From an uncultured bacterium (lineage in GTDB: Bacteria > Chloroflexota > UBA5177 > JANWHV01), in contig CAWHAE010000009.1 in assembly GCA_963827235.1 (NCBI GenBank), positions 800,001-864,000 of the forward strand: DNA of 64,000 nt. Reading direction: 5' to 3'. A program made the translations under genes and the position numbers. The notes under the pieces are model-generated. The model saw only the letters and a list, made by a program, of their open reading frames with translations, was not told the origin of the DNA and searched no databases. Position 1 is the first letter of the stretch. Each line of letters begins with the position of its first letter. Shown in pieces: positions 29,615 through 36,943 of this stretch.

Positions 29615-29643
29615 ATTATGTTTGGCAAGTAATTACTTGTAAA
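29615..29643 (-). promoter_or_regulatory. Promoter with a 14-bp palindromic operator upstream of the RCC1-protease gene
   Basis: TTTACA-17 nt-CATAAT; perfect palindrome CAAGTAATTACTTG at 29626-29639. Confidence 0.6.
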
Positions 29644-29696
29644 GATGTGTGTGATCGGCCGGCCGACTGGGCGGCGGGGGAAGGAACGGCGGCCCC

Positions 29697-30104
29697 TCAA
29701 GCGGACTTCGGGCCCGTGTACACGACCTCGAACAGAATGCGGTCGGGAGACTCGAACATCACCTGGTAGTAGGTCTGGCCCTCACCTTGCGAGAACTCCG
29801 GGCGATGGCGCGGTGTCTCGAAGAGCAGCTCCACGCTCCGCGCTCTGAGGTAGGCTACCGTCGCGTCGACGTCTGCCTGGGTCTCGGCGCCCAGGGCAAG
29901 GTGGTTCATTCCCGGCCCGTCGTAATCGTTGCCCACGTCTTTCACCTGGCTGGTGAACCAGAGACTGGTGCTCTCAGTGCCAACACCAATCGTTTCTTGG
30001 TCTTCATAGATGGTGTGCCAGGCAAGGAACGCCAGCAGGTCACGATAGAACGGCAGGTTCTCGGCCCGCACGTTGAGCTGAATGTGACTGAGTCCGGCTT
30101 TCAT
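29697..30104 (-). CDS. VOC/glyoxalase family protein
   Basis: LSHIQLNV, GPGMNHLAL, YYQVMFESPDRILFEVV; AAGGAG RBS. Confidence 0.85.
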   Translation of the reverse strand: MKAGLSHIQLNVRAENLPFYRDLLAFLAWHTIYEDQETIGVGTESTSLWFTSQVKDVGNDYDGPGMNHLALGAETQADVDATVAYLRARSVELLFETPRHRPEFSQGEGQTYYQVMFESPDRILFEVVYTGPKSA

Positions 30105-30389
30105 CGAGCTAACTCCTTCTCCGCGTATACCCATCATCACGCCACGATCGGCACCTCGCACCGTCTCTCTGCAGTCTAGAGCCTGCCATTCGGAAGGCAA
30201 GAGGCGGGTCCGCATAACTCGATCTTCGCGGCGACCGCATGAATCCAGAGGCCCACGTAGGCGGACTTCGCCAGCAGCGATCGTATGTGCGGTACTGAAG
30301 TGTGTCGCTGTTTGCCGCGGCGCCGGAATGTCCGGGACAATGAGCTGAGGAGCCGGCAGCGGGTCCGGCAAGTGGAGGTATGGGCGGAT

Positions 30390-31238
30390 ATGAGCTTGTC
30401 CGACGCGATGGCGATCATCCCGGGACGGCGCCGCTGGCTGCGCAGGGGCGCGGGCGTGGTGCGTGCCCTGCCGGTAGAGGCGCGGCTGTTTCCCGAGCAC
30501 TCGTTTCTACGTATCGCTCACCGCGGTGCTGCCGCGCTCGAGCCGGAAAACAGCCTGCGTGGCATCGAGACGGCGCTGCGATTTGGCATTGAGATGGTGG
30601 AAGTCGACGTCCGGCCTTGCGCGGACGGCACGCTGGTGCTCAGCCATGACGACGATTTGAGGCGCGTGACCGGATACAGGGGCAGAGTAGGCGATTCCAC
30701 GCTGGCCACGCTGAAACAGCTGGACATCGGGAAGGGCGAACGAATCCCTACGCTCGAAGAAGCACTCGACCTGATGCGAGGGCGCGTCCTGGTCAATCTG
30801 GACCTGAAGAGGGACAGCAACGGCCCGGATTTGCTTCGTGTCGTCGATCGAGCCGGGCGGCGCGAGGAGACGATGCTGTCGGGCGGCGGCAGGCGCGGGT
30901 TCGCGGCTTTTCGCACCCTGGCACCCTCCATGCGCAGCGCGTGCAGCGTCGACGCGACCTGGCGCGGCTTGCCCGGCCGTCTGCTCGGTCGTTACCTGCC
31001 GGCAGGCGCGCGGGGCCAGGCGGGCTGGATCGTGAGAGCCACTCGGGCGGCTGGAGCGTACGGTCCCACGCTCGATTGGCGCCTTGCCGCTCCCGGCGTG
31101 GTTGACCTCGTCCATCGCGCAGGTATGCCGGTCCTCACCTGGACGGTAGACGACCTGCTCACGCTGAAGGCATTGCGTGCGGCGGGCGTGGACGGCGTGA
31201 CGAGCAATCGGCCCGACGTATTAGCGCAGCTCCAGTGA
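30390..31238 (+). CDS. Glycerophosphodiester phosphodiesterase family protein
   Basis: IAHRG…PENS, EVDV, HD..L.R, WTVD, GVDGVTSNRPD. Confidence 0.88.
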   Translation: MSLSDAMAIIPGRRRWLRRGAGVVRALPVEARLFPEHSFLRIAHRGAAALEPENSLRGIETALRFGIEMVEVDVRPCADGTLVLSHDDDLRRVTGYRGRVGDSTLATLKQLDIGKGERIPTLEEALDLMRGRVLVNLDLKRDSNGPDLLRVVDRAGRREETMLSGGGRRGFAAFRTLAPSMRSACSVDATWRGLPGRLLGRYLPAGARGQAGWIVRATRAAGAYGPTLDWRLAAPGVVDLVHRAGMPVLTWTVDDLLTLKALRAAGVDGVTSNRPDVLAQLQ

Positions 31239-31406
31239 CGTCCGGGCATATCTTCCTTGAACCATACCGCCGCTAGCGGATACGCTGGCCAGTGGTATCG
31301 GCCTCGGGTCGCGTTCATCGTGGCGCCTCCGGGTGCCTGCCATGTCTCCGCGGCACGCCTGGTGCCCCGCGTGTCGTCCCTTGCTGCGTCTCAGGTGGAC
31401 GTGGAC

Positions 31407-32669
31407 ATGCACGTTCTTGGCGTCGGAACCGACGAGCTCAGCCGTGATGCCGATCTGCCCTCGCGGCGGCAGCTGCTCCTGGCTGCCTATTGGTTCTCCT
31501 TGAGCTTCCAGGGTGGGGCGCTGCTCGGGCTCGGCGTGCCGCAGCAGCTGACGGATCTCAGCACTGCGTCGCGGGCCACGACACTGCTCGCGGTGTTGGG
31601 GGGTCTGGCGGGACTGATTACCGTGGTGGTCCAGCCGGCGGCCGGTGCCCTGAGCGATCTGTCGTCGAGCAAGTGGGGCAGGCGACGCCCCTATCTGATC
31701 GGCGGTGCCGCGATCGACGTGGTCGGGCTTCTGGCCATGGCGCAGGCAGCAACCCTGCCCGCGCTCTTCGCTGGGTTCCTGCTGGCAAGCTTCGGTGCCG
31801 GCGTGAGCGGCGCGGCCTACCAGGCATACATCCCGGATCACGTGCCGCCGAGGCAGTATGGCGAGGCATCCGGCTACCTGGGCGCCATGAGCATGCTCGG
31901 CACTATCACCAGCTTCGGCTTCGCGGCCATCATGCTCGGTCCGCAGCACGAGGGGCGGTTCTACCTGCTCAATGCCCTGTTGATCACCGCCGGGGCGCTG
32001 CTCACCGCGTTGCGCCTGCCCGATCCGCAGCTCAGCGAGAGCGCGCGGCCGGTCGTGCAACACTGGCGCGCCCTGTGGCTGGATCCGTGGCACAACGCGG
32101 ACTTCTCGTGGGTCTTTGCCACCCGCACCATGATGATGATCGCTCTCTACACCCTGTTCACGTTCGTGGCCTTTTACGTACGCGATGTCGTGCACGTGAC
32201 CGCCTTCGTCGCTGGAGCGGCTATTCTGGCAGGCGTGGCGACGGTAGCGGCTCTGTTCAGCGGCCTGGTGACGGGTTGGATTTCCGACCGCATAGGCCGG
32301 CGCTGGCTGGTGAGCATTGCCAGCGTCCTGATGTCCGGCGCTCTTTTCGGCCTGGCGTTCGTCCACGATCTTAACCTAGTGCTGGTGCTGGGCGTATTCT
32401 TCGGCCTGGCGCTCGGCACGTACATGTCGGTAGATTGGGCGCTGGCGGTCGATGTGCTGCCGCACGAGGGCTTCGCGGCCAAGGACCTGGGCCTGTGGGG
32501 GCTCTCCACCAACGTGCCGCAGACGGTGGCGCCGTTTCTCGGCGGCGCCGTGCTGCTGGTCTGCTCGCCGCTCGGAAAAGCGGGCAGCTACGGCGTGCTG
32601 TTTCTCGGCGCCTCCGTGTGCGCGGCAGCCAGCGGCGTCCTGGTCTGGCAGGTGCGCAGTGTCCGCTAG
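31407..32669 (+). CDS. MFS transporter
   Basis: About 12 TM segments; GALSD..SKWGRRRPY and GWISDRIGRR motif A. Start uncertain. Confidence 0.88.
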   Translation: MHVLGVGTDELSRDADLPSRRQLLLAAYWFSLSFQGGALLGLGVPQQLTDLSTASRATTLLAVLGGLAGLITVVVQPAAGALSDLSSSKWGRRRPYLIGGAAIDVVGLLAMAQAATLPALFAGFLLASFGAGVSGAAYQAYIPDHVPPRQYGEASGYLGAMSMLGTITSFGFAAIMLGPQHEGRFYLLNALLITAGALLTALRLPDPQLSESARPVVQHWRALWLDPWHNADFSWVFATRTMMMIALYTLFTFVAFYVRDVVHVTAFVAGAAILAGVATVAALFSGLVTGWISDRIGRRWLVSIASVLMSGALFGLAFVHDLNLVLVLGVFFGLALGTYMSVDWALAVDVLPHEGFAAKDLGLWGLSTNVPQTVAPFLGGAVLLVCSPLGKAGSYGVLFLGASVCAAASGVLVWQVRSVR

Positions 32670-33411
32670 CCACGCCGCTCCCAAGCTGGTGGTCTCGATC
32701 CACGACGTCGCGCCTTCGCAGGCGGACGACCTGCGCTACCTTCTGGAAGCGTGCGATGCTGCCGGCGCGCGCCCTCGGGTGCTGAAGGTGATCCCGGACG
32801 AAGGCGGCCGGCAGGATATTCGCGCGTATCCCGAGTTCACCGCGCTGCTTCGCGCCGAGGCACAGGCCGGCTCCGAGATCGTGTTGCACGGCTACACGCA
32901 CACGGCGGCGCGGGCGATTCAGGGCTGGAGACTGCCGAGCCTCCGCGCTCGTCTGTTCGCGCCCAAAGCCGCCGAGTTCGTCACGCTGGACGGCGCCGAG
33001 ATGGCGGCGCGGTTGACGGCGGGCCGGCGCATCCTGGAAGAGGTCGGCCTGCAGGTACAGGGCTTCTGCGCCCCGGGCTGGCTGGCGACGCCCGAGCTGC
33101 CGCGGCAGCTCAAACGCTGCGGGTTCCGCTATGCAGTCTCCATGGCCTGGCTCTCTGATGTCGTCTCGGGCAAGAGGATGTTCACGCCCTGGCAGGGGTT
33201 CATGGGAGCCGGCCCCGGCCAGGAACGCATGATCGGGTTGGGTAGCTGGGCCTGCATGCGCCTGGCGCCGCGCGCGGAAGCTGTGAAGCTGTTCCTGCAT
33301 CCGCAGGGCGCGCGCACCTCCGCCGATTGCCGTCGCATCCTGAACGGCATGCGCGATCTGCTCGGGCAGCGTACCTGCGTGACCTTCGGCGATCTCGTCG
33401 ATGGTTGGTGA
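32659..33411 (+). CDS. DUF2334/polysaccharide deacetylase-like protein
   Basis: VVSIHDVAP, EIVLHGYTH, AEF, GFCAPGW, LHP; overlaps the MFS stop. Confidence 0.8.
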   Translation: MSASHAAPKLVVSIHDVAPSQADDLRYLLEACDAAGARPRVLKVIPDEGGRQDIRAYPEFTALLRAEAQAGSEIVLHGYTHTAARAIQGWRLPSLRARLFAPKAAEFVTLDGAEMAARLTAGRRILEEVGLQVQGFCAPGWLATPELPRQLKRCGFRYAVSMAWLSDVVSGKRMFTPWQGFMGAGPGQERMIGLGSWACMRLAPRAEAVKLFLHPQGARTSADCRRILNGMRDLLGQRTCVTFGDLVDGW

Positions 33412-33516
33412 GGACAACCGCTTGCATACGCCGCACGCAAGCTGAATCACCCCATCCTGGCCGGATGCCGATATGGGTTGACCGTCAACTGCCGTCCGGC
33501 GCTGTGCAGCGCGGGA

Positions 33517-34098
33517 TCACGCGGAAGTGGCCCGCACGCCGCCTTGCCCTGAGGATGACTCGGTCATCAATCCGAGCAGCGTGGTCAGCGTGCGCCAATT
33601 GCGGCCAGTGCTGATCGTGGCCAGCTTGGCGTCGAAGTAGGCCGTGCTCAGCTTGGTCTCGGCCACGCCGTTGGGCAGCCACAGGTACACCTCGCGGCCG
33701 CGCACGGCGAACCGGTCGGGCGGCGACCGGTCGGGATCGAGCGCGCCGACTCTGCCGGCCTCCGGCTGGCCTGCCAGGAACAGCACGTGCAGCGCCTCTT
33801 CCGGCGCGCCTGCCTCGAGGAACGGGTTCGCCCGCACGGTCTCGGCAAGCTCGGTGGCAGAACGGACCACCACGGGCACGCGGAGCGCGAGCCGGCGGGC
33901 AATCTCGGCGCTGATCAGGGCGGCAAGCGTCGACTGGATGGCGGGATCGGCGCTGAATATGGCGTTGCCGCTCTGGATATAGGTGCGTACGTCGCCGCAG
34001 CCTATCCCGCAACAGATCTCGACCAGCGCCTTCATCGGCAGCTTGTTCTTGCCGCCGACGTTGACGCCCCGAAGCAAGGCGAGGTACGTCTCCGCCAT
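33517..34098 (-). CDS. DUF1697 family protein
   Basis: YLALLRGVNVGGKNKLPM, TYIQSGN, TGRNWRT. Confidence 0.88.
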   Translation of the reverse strand: MAETYLALLRGVNVGGKNKLPMKALVEICCGIGCGDVRTYIQSGNAIFSADPAIQSTLAALISAEIARRLALRVPVVVRSATELAETVRANPFLEAGAPEEALHVLFLAGQPEAGRVGALDPDRSPPDRFAVRGREVYLWLPNGVAETKLSTAYFDAKLATISTGRNWRTLTTLLGLMTESSSGQGGVRATSA

Positions 34099-34544
34099 GG
34101 CACAGTGCTTTCCAGCCGGCACGGTCGCTACCCGACGGCTGCAAAACGCGTCGTACGCAGGTAGGCCATTCCGCCTTCTCAGTCTCGGGGAGCCGCGACG
34201 CGGCGTCAACCGCCTTTTCCTGATCAGCCGCTTTCCGCCGGGCAGCGCCGCGCACTGGAGCGCTGGGCCATGAGTTCGGTGCTCTTGAGCGATTGGACAT
34301 CCAGATAAGTACGGCGCTACACCGTAATCAAGCACGAGGGTGTACGATTGGCACGGTTGCATCGTGCATCGGCGTGCGCGTTGGTGTGGATCGTGTACAA
34401 CCACCGCCTCGCCCCTGGACGAATGCCGTTCGCCCTTCGATGATCGACCCGCTGAGTGTATGGCAGCCTGCCCTGGTACCTGCTCGCCGCCGCGGCTTCG
34501 GTGGGCGCGGGCGGACCGGGAAGGTGCATCCACGGAGGCATACG

Positions 34545-35300
34545 ATGAGGCGCCGCCGAAAGATCCTGCTCGTCACCGCCGGCTTACTCGCCGTGGTGCT
34601 CGTCGCCGTGGCCGCAGGCTGGCGAAAGCTGTCGGCCACCAGCAACCCCGTGCCGGTCGGAACGGCGGTCAGCCGGTACGAGCAGACGAGCAGCGGCCCC
34701 GCTGCCGGTCCACCACGCCCGGGAGTGTACACCTATGCCGTGCAGGGCCAGGAGTGCGCCGGCGTGGCTGCCTTGCGGCTCTGCCGGTCCTTCCCATCCG
34801 AGGCACGCATGATCCTCACCAGGAAAGACCATACGCTCACGCTCGAGGTTGACCTCTCGGAAGACCATCTGGAAGCCAGCCGCTTCGACGTGCGGCCGGA
34901 CGGCCGTTACCTGGCCTGGCAGCGCACGCGGATCGTGTTCGGCATCGCACAGGAGAGCGCGGGGGCAACCGTGCCGGAGACACTGGCCCAGCCGTCGAAG
35001 CTCCGCGTCGGCCAGAGCTGGACGCAGCACTTCTCGGCCGGCGGGCTACCGGTAGTCAGCACTAACCTGGTCACACGACAGCTGACGATGGGCATCGGAG
35101 GAGCAAGTGTCAAGGTGCTCGAGATCGATGCCAGCTCGACAACCGCCGGCGACCACCCAGGTACCGAGACCGATGTCACCTGGTTCGATCCCATCAGCGG
35201 CCTGGACGCGCGGCTGATCGTCCACCGGCGGATCGGCGGCGCCTTCCCCTACACGATGGACGTCGACGCTACCTTGCAGTCGCTGAAGCCGGTGCGGTAG
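34545..35300 (+). CDS. Membrane-anchored or secreted hypothetical protein
   Basis: GGAGG RBS, MRRRRK + hydrophobic helix, PGVYTY...G.E motif, beta-rich body. Confidence 0.7.
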   Translation: MRRRRKILLVTAGLLAVVLVAVAAGWRKLSATSNPVPVGTAVSRYEQTSSGPAAGPPRPGVYTYAVQGQECAGVAALRLCRSFPSEARMILTRKDHTLTLEVDLSEDHLEASRFDVRPDGRYLAWQRTRIVFGIAQESAGATVPETLAQPSKLRVGQSWTQHFSAGGLPVVSTNLVTRQLTMGIGGASVKVLEIDASSTTAGDHPGTETDVTWFDPISGLDARLIVHRRIGGAFPYTMDVDATLQSLKPVR

Positions 35301-35310
35301 CGCGAGCCCG

Positions 35311-36105
35311 TCAGTTGAGCAAGGTGGGCTCGGCAAGCCGCTTGACGACGCGCGCTGGGTTGCCGGCCACGACGACGTTCGCGGGCACGGAACCGGCGAC
35401 GACCGCGCGAAACGCCACGACCGAGTTCTCGCCCACGGTCGATCCCTTGAGCAGCGCGCTCTGTCCGCCCAGCCAGACGTTGGCGCCCACGCGCACGAGC
35501 CTGCTGCACACCGGGGCACGCGGATCGTGGCGAAGCCGGGGATCGAGAGGATGGAAGTCGTTGTCCACGATCAAGGTTGAGCCGAGGATGCAGCGCGGGC
35601 CGATACGGATGCCGGTACGCGCCATCATGCCGGCGCCGTTCAGCCTCGTGCCATTGCCGATCTCGATGCGTGCCACGGGTGTATAGGTGATGAAGACGTT
35701 CTTCTCGGCGTGGCACCAGGCGTTGACGTCGTCGCCAAAGACCACGCGGCCTGGGCCGCGAATGACCAGGCGGCCGTTTGTGCAGAAGTTGCGCCCGAAC
35801 TCCACGCGTTCGCCCAGGCGCAGCCGGTACCACGTGACCCACACGCGGCTGACCATCGGCGCCACGTGCAGCTTGAGCCATGCGCGAACGCCCTCCCGTG
35901 TGGGAAAGAGGCGGCGCTGCGCGGCAAGCGGGTCCAATACCTGGGGTAGCGCGATCGGCTCTTGCAGAGCCAGCACGTCCGCACTGGAAAGGGAGCCAGT
36001 CGCGGCCACTTTCAGGTGACGGCGCGCGACGCGCGACACCGGAACGCGCCGAGGAACGCTCGGGACGTGAAGTGATGCCGGTATGTGCGGCTGTGACATG
36101 GCCAT
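35311..36105 (-). CDS. Hexapeptide-repeat (LbH) acyltransferase
   Basis: IEIGNG, IRIGPRC, DNDFH, VRVGANVWLG, VVAGNPARVVK. Confidence 0.85.
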   Translation of the reverse strand: MAMSQPHIPASLHVPSVPRRVPVSRVARRHLKVAATGSLSSADVLALQEPIALPQVLDPLAAQRRLFPTREGVRAWLKLHVAPMVSRVWVTWYRLRLGERVEFGRNFCTNGRLVIRGPGRVVFGDDVNAWCHAEKNVFITYTPVARIEIGNGTRLNGAGMMARTGIRIGPRCILGSTLIVDNDFHPLDPRLRHDPRAPVCSRLVRVGANVWLGGQSALLKGSTVGENSVVAFRAVVAGSVPANVVVAGNPARVVKRLAEPTLLN

Positions 36106-36285
36106 GTACGTGACTCCCCGGTACTGGCGCCCGTGGCCGCGCAGCTACGGACAATCGATCCGGGTTCCGCGGATTGATTGCTGCCACAATAGCATGTGCC
36201 GGCGTGCCGTGATACCAGGGTGGTGGTTAACTGCGCGCGTGGTCGTCATCCTGTCGCCGGCGAAAGGGGTGTCCGCATGCACCCG

Positions 36286-36765
36286 CTATCCGGCAGGCTC
36301 CCAGATCGGGTCGGCTTCAACCACCGTGTTCACGGAATTGGCGATAAAGCATTCCTCGTGGGCCTGATGGTGCATGGCTCGCACCTCCGCCTCCGAGGGC
36401 ACACCGGTCCCGGCGAACCGCGTGTGAGGGTGCAGAGTGACACGAGTCATGGCGAGCTTGCTGAGCTCGTTTCTGGCCAGCACGCCCACGGCATGGTCGG
36501 CGTAGCGGTCGACGACGAACCCGCGTTTAGCGGCGATGGCGAGAAAGGTCAGCATGTGGCAGCTCGACAGAGCGGCGACAAAGGCTTCCTCCGGATCGAC
36601 GTTGGTCGCCAGGGAATACGGTTCCGGCACGATATGCGTAGAGCTCGACGCCGGCACCGTCATGCCGCCGTCGAAGCGCCAGCTATGAGCGCGGCTGTAC
36701 TTGTTGTCGACGAATACGGCTTCACCGCGCTCCCACGTAACATCCACGGCGTACTCCGCCACCAC
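36286..36765 (-). CDS. OsmC/Ohr family protein
   Basis: YSRAH.W.FDGG, DPEEAFVAALSSCHML, AHEECFIANSV (two Cys). Confidence 0.9.
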   Translation of the reverse strand: MVAEYAVDVTWERGEAVFVDNKYSRAHSWRFDGGMTVPASSSTHIVPEPYSLATNVDPEEAFVAALSSCHMLTFLAIAAKRGFVVDRYADHAVGVLARNELSKLAMTRVTLHPHTRFAGTGVPSEAEVRAMHHQAHEECFIANSVNTVVEADPIWEPAG

Positions 36766-36943
36766 GCCCTCCCGCGATCTCCTACGTTGTTCCTTAGTCT
36801 ACCCGGGACCATGTACCGGCCGGCCGCGGGTCTGCGCATGTGACGCGCCAGCGTCGGGCCAGGAGCCCGGCGGCGCACATCACACCGCCTGTCCTGGCCC
36901 AATCGTGCTCTCGGACTCGAGGCGCCTTTGCACTCCGGTCCGT

